64,000 bases of DNA from a virus. The translations under genes and the position numbers were made by a program. The stretch lies in the IMG/VR virus record IMGVR_UViG_3300028815_000061, positions 7,032 through 71,031 of that record; one strand, 5' to 3'. This document shows, piece after piece, positions 19,670 to 30,621 of this stretch. Each line of letters begins with the position of its first letter. Positions within the stretch are counted from its first letter, which is position 1. The notes below the pieces were generated by a model, which had not been told where the DNA came from, did not search any database, and saw only the letters and a list, made by a program, of their open reading frames with translations.

Positions 19670-22087
19670 CTAGGATGACGTGATGATCGACCCTGGCAAT
19701 AGCGTCGGTATTTCAGACCAGTCAATTGGGGGCAATCCACCAAGAGTTAGATGTAACTCGGGGCAAACGGCCGTAACACCATCGAGGCCAAGGGCCTCCG
19801 GTTCCCACACGGTATTTAATGTCATGCTTCCAAGATGGACTTCTATAGTGCACTCTATACTGCGTAAGATCAGGGGTTGGTTAACAAAAATAAGAGCCTT
19901 CGGGTTATCTTCTGGCTCGATATTGATCGACCAGAACTCCTCAAAGTGCATGTTTAGAATGCCAAGGTAATCCCCACGCCAGGCGTGGCCTATGGTTGGA
20001 AATTGATTGTTCAGCTTTGCATACACTCGACCAGTTAGCTCATTCATGTGAGCCTGGCTACGAACTGTTTGGCGCTCGAAGTTGGATGTACCTTGCCCAC
20101 CTCCCCAGTGCGGTACATACCATGGTGCCAAAGAGCAATAAGCCTCGACCTCATCATCTCCGACATCGCCATCGCCATCAAAGGTTCCATGCCAATAAAT
20201 CCCGCTGCCATACACAAGAGCAATGTTTGGTTCTGGGCGCTCTTTGATTGATAACTCGCCACTCCTATCCTGAATATATACCTGACTGGCAGTTGGTAGA
20301 GAATCACGCTCTGAATCTGTAAGTAACTGTACGTCATACACCATGTGTAATCGGCCGTTACGGTCACACTTGAAGTGCGCCCTGATCCCCTCGTTTCTGA
20401 CTATACCATCAATCATGGCGTATAGATTCTGACCTTGGAATTCGCCATATGGTCTAAGGTCAGTGTCCTTGTCCAGGCCAACGACTGGTATCGTTTCCAT
20501 GGCAGTCGAATGAAAGTCCAACACGAACATCGCTGCCTTAGCTGTGGTCATCTGGCTATGATAATGGTGCCATTTTGTTGGACTTTGCTTGGCGTCAATC
20601 GGAATGGAGAACATGTAGTTGTTCTTTAGAATAGCATCAGCGCTAGACAGCTCATACGAATGAGTTCCCACACGCTTGGTAGTATCTTGGTCAACATCGT
20701 TTTCCCGAAGATAACCAACCAACATGTTAAACGGGTACGATAAAAAGCTGGATGGATAAATACTGCTAGAGCTTGACACCTTGCCAGGATAAACCGTAGT
20801 CGAGGCAAGCGTTACACCGTTGTACCTCCACTCCAGTACACCGCCATTGCAATCGACCAATGCAGAGTTAATTGTGGGCGATGTGGCCTGCAGTATCCCG
20901 CTTGTCACTGTCCCCGTAACAGGAGTCGGAGTACCGGCATTGATGACCACGTCGAGATCCACAGTTGTGCCATTAGACGGCACAGCATCTTGTATCCTTA
21001 ATCCAGCGGCAAAGGTAGTTACTACATCGCACGTGGTACTACTGGTCACACGAACTCCGACATCTGGTGCCACAAATAGGTGATCGCCTGAGCGAACCGT
21101 GGGAGTCCAGCGATGTTCGGTAAATTGACTACCCATCACGGTCTCTTTCCAAAGCACGGCGAAGGCCGTGTCAATCATATCTTCGCCAGATCGATCGCCA
21201 GTAAATATCTCGTCTAGCCTACGATTCATGTCGATACGTGCAGTTAGCCCGCCATTTTCAAAGTCATCTGAGAATTGACCGGACTCGAAACCCTTGATCG
21301 GATAGTTGCCGTTGGCACTAACTGGATCATGGGACATCACGCACGCATGATGCACACGACTATTGGCGTTGCTATCAGTAACAGTCATCTTCAGCCAGTA
21401 GTACTGTATGGTGGTATCGGTAACCACGACATAACCCTTTCCAGTCGAGGTGTTGAAAGTTACAGTGACGCCAGTAGTTGGATAGACGCTTAATGCGTAT
21501 GAAGAGATCGAGGCACCAGGTGCCATGGCGTAGCTAGGTGTCAGGTCTACCCAGAATGTTTGCTCCCCATTACGTATAAACCCAGCGCGATGCGAGATGA
21601 TATAGTCTACGACTGGCCTGATTTCATCAGCTTCAGTCTGGTTAACGTACGTGTCAAATACGTCCTTGTAGAACACCTCATCTGTGCCCATAAGCCCTGT
21701 CTGACCAAGCCACGGGTACTTAGCAGCAATCGGATAGTCATGAACAAATGTAAGAAAAGCGCCAGGCCCAAAGGCATAACCATGCCAGGCAACGTCGACC
21801 GTGCCTGTTACTCCCCCGTCCCCGGATGTGATACTCCTAATCCTAAGTACGCCAAGATCCTTTTTGCCACTGTTGGCACTGACCCAGACAACTTGACCGG
21901 CCTCAATAGCAGAAAAGTCAAGGCCACTACCAGTGTCGAAGCTAATTGACGTAATTCCCCTAGCTGCAGACGATGTGACCTTGGCCGTCCACAGCGTTCT
22001 GAACTTTGCGACGGATAGATAGAACGTATGTCTTGTGAAACCGGAGCGGATATTAACATAGTCGCCTGAAGCAATTGAAGTGGTCAT
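19670..22087 (-). CDS. Tail tip / hub-like protein
   Basis: 805 aa, second gene after the tape measure. Confidence 0.55.
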   Translation of the reverse strand: MTTSIASGDYVNIRSGFTRHTFYLSVAKFRTLWTAKVTSSAARGITSISFDTGSGLDFSAIEAGQVVWVSANSGKKDLGVLRIRSITSGDGGVTGTVDVAWHGYAFGPGAFLTFVHDYPIAAKYPWLGQTGLMGTDEVFYKDVFDTYVNQTEADEIRPVVDYIISHRAGFIRNGEQTFWVDLTPSYAMAPGASISSYALSVYPTTGVTVTFNTSTGKGYVVVTDTTIQYYWLKMTVTDSNANSRVHHACVMSHDPVSANGNYPIKGFESGQFSDDFENGGLTARIDMNRRLDEIFTGDRSGEDMIDTAFAVLWKETVMGSQFTEHRWTPTVRSGDHLFVAPDVGVRVTSSTTCDVVTTFAAGLRIQDAVPSNGTTVDLDVVINAGTPTPVTGTVTSGILQATSPTINSALVDCNGGVLEWRYNGVTLASTTVYPGKVSSSSSIYPSSFLSYPFNMLVGYLRENDVDQDTTKRVGTHSYELSSADAILKNNYMFSIPIDAKQSPTKWHHYHSQMTTAKAAMFVLDFHSTAMETIPVVGLDKDTDLRPYGEFQGQNLYAMIDGIVRNEGIRAHFKCDRNGRLHMVYDVQLLTDSERDSLPTASQVYIQDRSGELSIKERPEPNIALVYGSGIYWHGTFDGDGDVGDDEVEAYCSLAPWYVPHWGGGQGTSNFERQTVRSQAHMNELTGRVYAKLNNQFPTIGHAWRGDYLGILNMHFEEFWSINIEPEDNPKALIFVNQPLILRSIECTIEVHLGSMTLNTVWEPEALGLDGVTAVCPELHLTLGGLPPIDWSEIPTLLPGSIITSS

Positions 22088-22524
22088 AGATAAACGGCCG
22101 GATCATTAACTAAAACAACGTTATTAAGTTTAAGGGAGACAGTCGAGAATACCTGGATACCATAGGCGAACGCCGGAACATTTGGTGTCGGATCGGTAAC
22201 GTCTGGCTTACCCATCAGGTCAACCCACCTGACTACCGGGTTATTGGTATCCCACCATCTGCCCGTGAAGTACATATCCGATCCAATAGTAGCGGCAAAG
22301 ATTCTCTGGAATACGGCAAGTTGCTGTACATCCACTCTGGTCCACAGAACCTCATATGTCATGAATCCCTCGCGACTGATTCCACCCTCAGCGTCATTTG
22401 TCTTTTCTGAATAATCGCGCGGAAAGAACTGGACGACCGGGGGCAAGCCAATCACAGGAAGCGCGCCACGTTGCAAGCCAGCCAGCGTACTAGACATTCT
22501 CCAGTTATATAATAATGACGTCAT
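22084..22524 (-). CDS. Distal tail protein-like
   Basis: 146 aa immediately after the tape measure. Confidence 0.5.
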   Translation of the reverse strand: MTSLLYNWRMSSTLAGLQRGALPVIGLPPVVQFFPRDYSEKTNDAEGGISREGFMTYEVLWTRVDVQQLAVFQRIFAATIGSDMYFTGRWWDTNNPVVRWVDLMGKPDVTDPTPNVPAFAYGIQVFSTVSLKLNNVVLVNDPAVYL

Positions 22525-22526
22525 CT

Positions 22527-25500
22527 CTAAGCACCGTAGCTAAGTAACTCCTCAGTAACAATATGTCTCATCAAGGTTCTCTGGATAGGATTCATTTGTG
22601 TTGGATCACTCGCGTAAATATCCGCGTTAATTGTTTTGCTGTTGTCTATGCTTGATATCCCACCGTTCAACAATGGAGATGATAGGTAAGCCTCCCTAGA
22701 TGCAATGATACCGGCACGTGTAGCGTAGAATGGTTCTGCCCCACGCTCGTTAATGCCGTAAATATTTCCGCTTGTTACAAACCCGCCATGCTGCCTGTAG
22801 GTTAGACCATGGCTACCAGTAGTATAGCCTTGTGAAGCAACGTAGTCGGCATAATCACGACTGTATGGGTTATCCACTCTTTCGTTTATATTAGTGCGAT
22901 CGCCAAGCCCGCCACTCCCGTAACCGCTTTGAGTAAGAGACACGCCATTAGCACCAAATCCGAAATTGCTCTGGACCATGCTCCTGAACAGGCTACCTTC
23001 CCTGCGCCATATCTCATATTGCTGCTTGATGATATTTGTTTGCTCTTTCAGCTTAAGGGCCATGTAATCCGTTTCAGCATCCTTCCATTCTTTGACGATG
23101 TCGTACTCATCAGACAAGCTGTCATCGAGTTCCTCTCTTCTTTTCTGGAAGTTGTTATCTAAATCGTCCAGTGCACGAGACTCATTCCTCTCGATTGCCT
23201 CGCGCTGCCTGCGATATTGTTCGTCGATCTGGTTGTACTCAAAGTTATACTGGTCAATCAGTTCCTTGCGCCTTTGTTCGTCAGCCGCCCTGATATCATC
23301 TATCTTACGTTGCTCGGCAAGGTCGCTATCCCTGACTGCCCTATCAAGCCAGATTTTAGCCTCTTCCCTTCTATTCTCGGCCGAATCCTCGGCCTCCTCA
23401 TCCTGGCGCTTGCGCTGCTCTTTGGCCTGGTCGAGTTCAAGCTGCATTCGTCTACGAATCCTGAGCAAGGCAACCGCATCATTCCGACGAATAGCCTCTT
23501 CAGCATCTAGGTCGAACTTAGCCCGAATATCTTTTAGGCGCTCCCTGAATTTCTTCTCGATATCTAATTTCTTATCGTTGGTATCACGCTCGATATCGAG
23601 TAGCTTGTCATTGTACTTGGTTAAGTTGTCAATTTCCTTGCGATCAAAATTCAGTTCGTTTTGTGCAAGGTCAAAGTTCAGCTTATCAGTAAGCTGGAGC
23701 ATACGCTGCATATGCTTTTTGAAGAGATCCTCGCGCTGTTCAGAGCGCTTTATCTCCGCATCAATTTCCTGGCGGTCAAACCTGGTACGTAATTGCCCCT
23801 CTTGATGAGCCCGATCCCTGGCAAACTTACGCTCTGCCTCATCTATCTTTTCCTGAGCTTCAGTAGCCTTAATCTGTAATTGCTCGTATTCCCTTGCCTG
23901 GGCAACAAGTTGCTGGCGCTCATCAATTAGCTCGCGAGTTGCATCGGAACTTTCATCCATGGATTGCCCGGCCCGCTCCTCTGCCTCCGCCAGTCTATCA
24001 GCGGCGTCTGCAGCGTCATCAGTGGATTCGTGCAACTCATCCATATAGGCGATAAGAGCACCAATACCTGGTGCTGCCTCAGATGCTTCTTGCAAGCTCT
24101 CCAGGAATTCAGACCTGGTCAACCCCTCCTCTGATCTCAACTTGCCTACCATCGTTATTAAATCACCAATAGCTCCGATAGGCCCGGTGGTTTGTGCTTG
24201 CGTGGCTCTTGTCGCAGCCTCGCTGAACTGCCCAAGATCGACATCAGTACCAGGAATCTTGATAGCCGCAATGTCTGCGCCTATGCTTGTGATACCGTCA
24301 AGTATTTGAAGGACTTCCCCCAGTTTTTCAGCCAGGTCACCGACAGCAGCGGTTAAATCGACCATCACGTCAACAACCGATCTGTCATCTGAACTTAGTA
24401 AGTTGCCTACCTGCTCAAGGGCATCGCCAATTCTCTCGCCAAGTGTTTCAAACTCTATACTGAGTTCCTGTATATCTGTATCCGTCACATCGCCGACAAT
24501 ACCTTCTAAAATCGTTCCGATTTCGTCGACGACGTTTGCCACAGTTGTGCCAAGACTCTCGAAGAATGATGTTATTGCCTCGCGCCTGTCCTCGAATATA
24601 TCGAATAGCTTACCAAGCGATTCACCAAGTGCATCAGCAACCGGCTCACCAAACGTGATTTTGACTTGCTCTTTAATAACCTCGAATCTACCTTGTAGTA
24701 ATTGAAGAGAATTCGATAGCGTATCTATGCTTAGGCCCCTAAACTCTAGTGCTTCCCCTAAACCTTTTAAGACACCAGTAAACTCGCCATACGTTTCCTG
24801 GTATGCCTGTATTTTACTAATCTCGAATTCCGTTAAACCAAATCGCTCAATTAGTGGTCTGAAATGCCCGCCAGCAGCTTGTTTAATTGCATTGGCTATA
24901 GCATCCTCTGTCTCCTGGAAAGCATGGGCCAAGGTACCAGCGATTTCAGCAGCAGTCTCGACCTCTTCTACATCCTTTGCCAGTGGAACGATTACCCTTG
25001 CAAAGTCTTTGGTTAGATTCAGCCCAACTTGTTCGGATAAACCGAACAGAAGATTCCGATAGCCTTCGCCAAGGTCTGGGGTACGTAGGAAACTACCTAA
25101 CTGAATATCAGTTACTTCAACCGCCCTAGCTGATTCAACAGAACTCTTGGTAAACTGCGCGAATGCACTAGCTGCTTTCTTGGCAAGCTCTGCTAAGGTT
25201 TGTATCAACTTAACTACTGCGGCGGTAACAGCAGCAATCGCCACAACGCCAGCAATAGCAGCGGGCGGGATACCACGAAAGGCATCGGCGATCCTGATTG
25301 CTCCGCCTACACCTCGCACGCCAACACGGTCAACGGCATTACCCAGCTTCCATATGGATACCTGTGCCCTATCCGCATTGGATGGGATATCCTGGCCGTA
25401 CAGGTCGGCCACTCTCCTGGTCGAGTCTTTTAGTTTATCCTGGGCATCCTTGAATTCTAGCGCGGAGGTCTCACCTCTATCGTAAGCGTCTTTTGCCTCA

Positions 25501-27095
25501 GTTCCAAGGCGCTTGAGTTCTGATGCAATGGCCCTGACTTCTGCATTGTTACTCTTTAGCAAGGCATCAGCGTCTTTCGTGTTCGATTTAAGTGTTTCGT
25601 ACGCTTGTTTGGCATCGAGTTTTTTGTCGATACTCTCAATAGCTGATACTTGCTTAGAAGTTTGCTCGACGCTTTCTGTAACCTCTTCCGCAGCTTTGGC
25701 CTGGTCTTGATAGGCTTTAACCTGTAACCTTGACTTAGCGAGCGCATCATTTGCAATTTGTAGCGCCTCCTTCTCTGTCTTGGTTGCGGTCTCTTTATTC
25801 TTTGCCGCATCTATCGCGGCCTGTGCCCGTTTCTCCTCTGCCTCAATATTCTTTTGCGTTGTTTCATCAAGTTCACCGGCCGTCGCCGCTTGTATAGCAC
25901 GTATCTGCTCTAACTTTGCCTCAGCAGCCTTTAGATTGCTGAGGCCTTCGCTTGTAAAAATCTCTGGCTCTTTAATTCTCTCGAACTTGGCAACTTCCGC
26001 CCTGAGTTTTTCAAACTCTGCTAGGATCTCTGGCTCTTCGCCAGGCACATCAAAAAGAGAATCAAGTCTTGCCCTTATGTTACGGCCAGCCTCGGCAACA
26101 ATGTCATCGACACTATTCATCAAGCGTTGTGTTCGCTCCCGAAGTTCTGGCTCGCCAGCCTCGGCAAGCAATGCCTGGTTTCGGCGAACCAAGGCCTGTC
26201 TAGGACCACCTACACCAGGTTGGCCCATTGCGCCAACAAACTGCACTTGTTGCTGGTGCGTTGCTTTCTTGACAAGGTTATCCATCTCCACGCCAAGCTG
26301 CTTTAGTTCCTCCTCTAGCTGATCAACCGGCGTTAAGTTGTCGGTCATGGCTTGCCTAAGCTGCTCTCTTAGTACGAGAGCACGCGCACTTACCTCACCA
26401 AGGCCACGTTCAGCCAATCGCGTGAGCCTATCCTCAAGTGCTTTAGCATCGCCCTGCCAATCAGAAAACCTGCGTTGTCCAGCCGGTTCCATACGCTGTG
26501 CCTGCGCAGCAGCAATAGCACGCTCCTCGACCTGCCTCCAGCTATCGGCTAGTTTCGCAATCTCTTTCCTGAGTTCGTCACCACTTATTGAGCGGTCATT
26601 AAGCAAGGCAATTAGATCGGCACGTATTTCTGCAGCACGCGCGGCAACTTCTCCCCTGCCCCGTTGCATCATGTCAGCTAATTTCTTTTTCAGGGTTTCA
26701 GCGTCTATCTGAGCAATATCGCGATCTATGATGTCGCGTAAAACGTTTCTCGGTACGTTTACTTTTACATCGCCATAGTCTATCCTGATGTCCTCGATAT
26801 CCCTCAGTTCTTTTTCGAGCACGTCTAGCGACTTCGCGGTTTCGAGTATAGTCTCCTTGAACTTGTCGTAACTCTTGCGCATCTCAGGTGTCATCTGAGA
26901 TTCACTCATGCTTTCCAGGGACTCGATTAACTCCTTGCCAGTTCTGATAATCTCATCGAAAGATTCGCCCATCTTCTTTATGCGATCGTCAGACGCCTTT
27001 ACCATTTGTTCCGTGCGAACAACGATGCGCTGTAAGGCATTCTCGACTTCACTGATATCTAATGTTGCACTTAGTGTAAGTTCTTCACCGGCCAT
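22527..27095 (-). CDS. Tail tape measure protein
   Basis: 1522 aa, helical A/E/K/R-rich, central hydrophobic stretch, C-terminal RQHGGFV...YGINERGAEPF motif. Confidence 0.92.
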   Translation of the reverse strand: MAGEELTLSATLDISEVENALQRIVVRTEQMVKASDDRIKKMGESFDEIIRTGKELIESLESMSESQMTPEMRKSYDKFKETILETAKSLDVLEKELRDIEDIRIDYGDVKVNVPRNVLRDIIDRDIAQIDAETLKKKLADMMQRGRGEVAARAAEIRADLIALLNDRSISGDELRKEIAKLADSWRQVEERAIAAAQAQRMEPAGQRRFSDWQGDAKALEDRLTRLAERGLGEVSARALVLREQLRQAMTDNLTPVDQLEEELKQLGVEMDNLVKKATHQQQVQFVGAMGQPGVGGPRQALVRRNQALLAEAGEPELRERTQRLMNSVDDIVAEAGRNIRARLDSLFDVPGEEPEILAEFEKLRAEVAKFERIKEPEIFTSEGLSNLKAAEAKLEQIRAIQAATAGELDETTQKNIEAEEKRAQAAIDAAKNKETATKTEKEALQIANDALAKSRLQVKAYQDQAKAAEEVTESVEQTSKQVSAIESIDKKLDAKQAYETLKSNTKDADALLKSNNAEVRAIASELKRLGTEAKDAYDRGETSALEFKDAQDKLKDSTRRVADLYGQDIPSNADRAQVSIWKLGNAVDRVGVRGVGGAIRIADAFRGIPPAAIAGVVAIAAVTAAVVKLIQTLAELAKKAASAFAQFTKSSVESARAVEVTDIQLGSFLRTPDLGEGYRNLLFGLSEQVGLNLTKDFARVIVPLAKDVEEVETAAEIAGTLAHAFQETEDAIANAIKQAAGGHFRPLIERFGLTEFEISKIQAYQETYGEFTGVLKGLGEALEFRGLSIDTLSNSLQLLQGRFEVIKEQVKITFGEPVADALGESLGKLFDIFEDRREAITSFFESLGTTVANVVDEIGTILEGIVGDVTDTDIQELSIEFETLGERIGDALEQVGNLLSSDDRSVVDVMVDLTAAVGDLAEKLGEVLQILDGITSIGADIAAIKIPGTDVDLGQFSEAATRATQAQTTGPIGAIGDLITMVGKLRSEEGLTRSEFLESLQEASEAAPGIGALIAYMDELHESTDDAADAADRLAEAEERAGQSMDESSDATRELIDERQQLVAQAREYEQLQIKATEAQEKIDEAERKFARDRAHQEGQLRTRFDRQEIDAEIKRSEQREDLFKKHMQRMLQLTDKLNFDLAQNELNFDRKEIDNLTKYNDKLLDIERDTNDKKLDIEKKFRERLKDIRAKFDLDAEEAIRRNDAVALLRIRRRMQLELDQAKEQRKRQDEEAEDSAENRREEAKIWLDRAVRDSDLAEQRKIDDIRAADEQRRKELIDQYNFEYNQIDEQYRRQREAIERNESRALDDLDNNFQKRREELDDSLSDEYDIVKEWKDAETDYMALKLKEQTNIIKQQYEIWRREGSLFRSMVQSNFGFGANGVSLTQSGYGSGGLGDRTNINERVDNPYSRDYADYVASQGYTTGSHGLTYRQHGGFVTSGNIYGINERGAEPFYATRAGIIASREAYLSSPLLNGGISSIDNSKTINADIYASDPTQMNPIQRTLMRHIVTEELLSYGA

Positions 27096-27465
27096 CGACT
27101 AAATACCCCATAAGTGTATCCGCAGCTTCCATCTGCTCTTGTAGATAATTTATTTCTTTAACTAGCGGTTGTGTGGCACCGTACTCTCTTACATACGAAA
27201 CCAACGATTCCATTTCTTTTGCGCTAGACTTAACCACCTCTTGGAGTCCAATGATATGCGAGCCAGCGTCAATTGGGCCAAACCCCCCGGCAACCCACAT
27301 CAAGAAGTTAACCAGTTCGCGAACCTCTGGTGGATCTATCTTTGTTTTTAGTATACCCTGAGCACGAACGTCAAAAGACCAGCGATGATATCTTATAAGG
27401 CATTTTGCAAGATAGATTTCGCTTGGCCTTAAATCACTGTTCTCAACTTTTGGGAGCTTGTTCAT
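27085..27465 (-). CDS. Hypothetical protein
   Basis: Packed in the tail operon. Confidence 0.65.
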   Translation of the reverse strand: MNKLPKVENSDLRPSEIYLAKCLIRYHRWSFDVRAQGILKTKIDPPEVRELVNFLMWVAGGFGPIDAGSHIIGLQEVVKSSAKEMESLVSYVREYGATQPLVKEINYLQEQMEAADTLMGYLVDGR

Positions 27466-28321
27466 AGTATTTTGTCCCTCGACGCCAGCCAGACCTCACC
27501 CATGAACGAAACGTACGTACACCAGGCCAGATTTTCCCCATGCCAAAGGTGTCACTTCCCGTAGCCATCATTGCAAGCAAACCTGTGGTAAAGTTCCTGG
27601 CCTCGATATCGCCCAGGGTTACCTGGTACATGTACGGGATTGCCTTCCACTCTGCCCCACCAGGAACCTTCTCGGCAGGGAAGTATGTGCCAGGGCCAGT
27701 GATCATCCCACCCTTGCCAGTACGTGGGTTATATACACGCATTGGCATGCGCTTATCCCTCTCGAATTTTTGTATCGCCTGTCCACGTGGGCTAATTTCC
27801 GTAGTGTATTTCGCTATTATGCCCTTGACGTATTTATTGTACTCCTTCATAAATTCGTCATATTCGCCCTTAGACATGGTACCAATTGGCTTGGACCCGA
27901 TCTCCTCCGCATAAGCACGCTTTCCTTTTTGCGCACCCTGTGGAATTGGGAGAGGTCTCTTGAGAACAGGATACTTGATTCCTTTAATGCCGACCTTGCT
28001 TGGGGTGATATTTCCCTCGACATCGGCTTTTCCACTTCTCCTGGCACCAAAGTCAATGGCATTAAACCTTGCAATCAAGTCATCATCGCCGATGATCTGT
28101 ACCCTGACAAAGAAACGTTTCGTGCTGGGATAGTAACGCACACGACCGGCAAAGCGCGGAGCGTTTTCCCAGGATGCAACGATCGCGTTGTATCCACGCT
28201 CCCAGATACCGACCAACTTTGTCATCTCCTCCTCTTCTCCGCGAAGGAAACTTTCATTGAACCGCTTCATGTTTCTTCTAAAAGCTGTTCGCTTCCACTT
28301 TATCTGGGTCTTTACCGTCAT
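27443..28321 (-). CDS. Basic virion morphogenesis protein (HK97 gp10-like, tentative)
   Basis: Very basic; W...PRF, IDFG and EARNF segments; position. Confidence 0.45.
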   Translation of the reverse strand: MTVKTQIKWKRTAFRRNMKRFNESFLRGEEEEMTKLVGIWERGYNAIVASWENAPRFAGRVRYYPSTKRFFVRVQIIGDDDLIARFNAIDFGARRSGKADVEGNITPSKVGIKGIKYPVLKRPLPIPQGAQKGKRAYAEEIGSKPIGTMSKGEYDEFMKEYNKYVKGIIAKYTTEISPRGQAIQKFERDKRMPMRVYNPRTGKGGMITGPGTYFPAEKVPGGAEWKAIPYMYQVTLGDIEARNFTTGLLAMMATGSDTFGMGKIWPGVRTFRSWVRSGWRRGTKYYEQAPKS

Positions 28322-29052
28322 CTACCGGCCTTGGCCTTTGCCTCTTCTACTTGTGCATTAGTCTCTAGTGCTTCTAGCATTTTTGGCAAAGCAACGCTTG
28401 CTACCTTGCGCAAGCGTTCGTCGAGTGGTAAATCGCCCCACTCATCCTCGGTTCTGTAGCTATACCTAGCCATCGCATCATGTTCCCACTGGCGCAAGAG
28501 ATCGGCTTTACCATAACCTTTGCTCAAACTATCGACTGCGTCGAATATCTCCTGGTCCTTAAACGATGCACTGAAGTGATCGCGAAACACTTGGGCCAAA
28601 AGTTCTTTACTTATTTGCGGAATACAGGCAGCGTGATATATCTTTGCCCAGTCCTCCTCCGTCGAGATACGATCTATGTCCTCTGGATCTATGCAGTTTT
28701 CAGCAATGAACCGGGAGCGTTCCCGGATGAACTCGATCGTAGTCGGGAGACGGGCAATCACCTCGTAACCTACCGCAGCTTTGTAGGTCTCGAACTCCAG
28801 GAGATCCCACCACTCTGGCGATTCAGGTTCTATCTCGCTCTTCGGTACACCAGGATGCTTGGGCGGAGTTGACCTGGCAGATGTGTCATACGTATCCTCG
28901 ACCATCTGCGCGTGTGGACCGCCAGAACCTATCTCGTACGAATAGCGAAAGGGGCCGGGCAACACCGGCCCCACACCATCTAACCCAAAAACACTAAGCC
29001 TGCGTACCTTACAAGGTTTGCCATCAGATAGCGTAACCTCGCTATAAGGCAT
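28318..29052 (-). CDS. Putative tail assembly chaperone
   Basis: Directly downstream of the tail tube-like gene; acidic and helical. Confidence 0.5.
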   Translation of the reverse strand: MPYSEVTLSDGKPCKVRRLSVFGLDGVGPVLPGPFRYSYEIGSGGPHAQMVEDTYDTSARSTPPKHPGVPKSEIEPESPEWWDLLEFETYKAAVGYEVIARLPTTIEFIRERSRFIAENCIDPEDIDRISTEEDWAKIYHAACIPQISKELLAQVFRDHFSASFKDQEIFDAVDSLSKGYGKADLLRQWEHDAMARYSYRTEDEWGDLPLDERLRKVASVALPKMLEALETNAQVEEAKAKAGR

Positions 29053-29055
29053 GGT

Positions 29056-30621
29056 TTAGCAGCCGACTGATGTTGGGGAGGCCCGGTGAATTTGGCCGTA
29101 GCCACCGCTGGCATCGCCGACCATGTAGTACAGGTTATCATCCTCATCCGACTTGTAGCCACGGTTGAACCCGGCATTTGCCGGAGCAGCCGAAACCACG
29201 CGCCAAGAATTACCAGCGTCGTTTGAGTGATAGAGATATCCAGTACCAGGCGCAGTGTCGTCGGTAACCACGTAAATGTGATTGCTGTCACCTTCTGGCA
29301 TGAAGATGTCAACCACCTTCGCCGTTGCAGCAATGCTGGTGAAGTCTTTCAGCAATGTCCATCCACCTGCGGTTGCACCCTTATCCGTTGAAACGTATAG
29401 GTCAGTACCATTTGCGGCATACAGATTGCCCTCGTTGTCGATAGCAAGTGCGCTGAAGTCACCACCACCGCTCGGGCCATTCAGTAGCTCGAAAGTACCA
29501 GACCGACCACGATCAACCATGATTAAGTTAGTCTCGCCAGCAATGTAGACGTCCTCGCAATCCTGGCCGAAACCCTTGGCAATCGCGGTAATCGCATCAC
29601 CAGACCCGGTGACTAACTGTGTCCAGGTCTCGCCTTGGTCAGTGGATATATAAAGGTCATCAGCAGTGGCACCGCCAGAAACATACAGGCCATCGTACCA
29701 CAGCCAGGCAACACGCCCGACAATGTCAGAGGCAGTCGCGTTAATGGCTACCGTGGTCCACGTTGTTGCGGCCTCATTACCGAACTGGACATCACCGTAG
29801 GCGATCTCCAGGCCAGCGGTTCCAACACCGTTGCCCCAAATGACGCGCGGGTTTGATCCAGCAAGCATCAGGACAGCGCCATCAGCGATGTGCTCATCGT
29901 TACCAAATGGCTTATTGGTGAAAACCGTCCAGCTACCTCCACCATTTCGGCTAAAGTGAATTTCGGCCGGAACACCGGTATCTGCGGCAGAACCAATGAA
30001 CAGGTGCTCATCAGGCCCAAGATAACCAGGCGCACAGCCAGGTACTATAGGCTCTTTAATACCGAAGATGGTATTGATGTTCTGAGTGTTGGTTGCAATT
30101 TGTGGCGTAACTGATGCAATTGCCAGTGGTCGTAAAGCAATGTCGTATTCCCAGGTCACGTCAGCCGAAGCAACAACAGTCGTGGCCGTACCATCCCTGG
30201 CCGGAGCATCACCACCATTGAAACCATTCACCGACATTTGCCCGTGGAAGTCTAATCGCCCACCCTCTAACCAGGAATAGGGATTGTCTCGACGACCACA
30301 TGGAGATGACATTTCCCATACACCGAAGCGTTGCTGGTCCTTGCGTCGCTTTTCCAAAAAGTCGATATCAACCTGCTTGTCGAATTCGATGGTCGCTGTC
30401 TGCAAACCACCAGGTGGTTCCTGGAAGGTATTCTTGACTCGGATACGGCCATACACATCGTAGCCATAATCCTGGCCACGGCCTGGGATTGTAGCATCCG
30501 ACTTACCTGTCATTGAGTGTTTGTCAACCGACAGGGGACTTAGGCCAGTTCCTTTGCCGTCCACCCTCCCATTCCTCATGACAAAGAGGTTTACTTTGTT
30601 CATGAAAATGGTTTGTGCCAT
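29056..30621 (-). CDS. Putative major tail protein fused to an Asp-box beta-propeller
   Basis: About 180-aa beta-rich N-terminal domain; SRNGGGSW, STDQGETW, STDKGAT..GW and SNDAGNSW Asp boxes; position. Confidence 0.6.
   Translation of the reverse strand: MAQTIFMNKVNLFVMRNGRVDGKGTGLSPLSVDKHSMTGKSDATIPGRGQDYGYDVYGRIRVKNTFQEPPGGLQTATIEFDKQVDIDFLEKRRKDQQRFGVWEMSSPCGRRDNPYSWLEGGRLDFHGQMSVNGFNGGDAPARDGTATTVVASADVTWEYDIALRPLAIASVTPQIATNTQNINTIFGIKEPIVPGCAPGYLGPDEHLFIGSAADTGVPAEIHFSRNGGGSWTVFTNKPFGNDEHIADGAVLMLAGSNPRVIWGNGVGTAGLEIAYGDVQFGNEAATTWTTVAINATASDIVGRVAWLWYDGLYVSGGATADDLYISTDQGETWTQLVTGSGDAITAIAKGFGQDCEDVYIAGETNLIMVDRGRSGTFELLNGPSGGGDFSALAIDNEGNLYAANGTDLYVSTDKGATAGGWTLLKDFTSIAATAKVVDIFMPEGDSNHIYVVTDDTAPGTGYLYHSNDAGNSWRVVSAAPANAGFNRGYKSDEDDNLYYMVGDASGGYGQIHRASPTSVGC

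Noticed and set aside
22929-27102. Many + strand ORFs opposite the tape measure gene
   Set aside because: Ser-rich shadow frames of an A/E/K/R-rich gene
27085-29052. Programmed G/GT tail-chaperone frameshift
   Set aside because: No convincing slippery heptamer seen near the 3' end, and other genes separate the chaperone candidate from the tape measure
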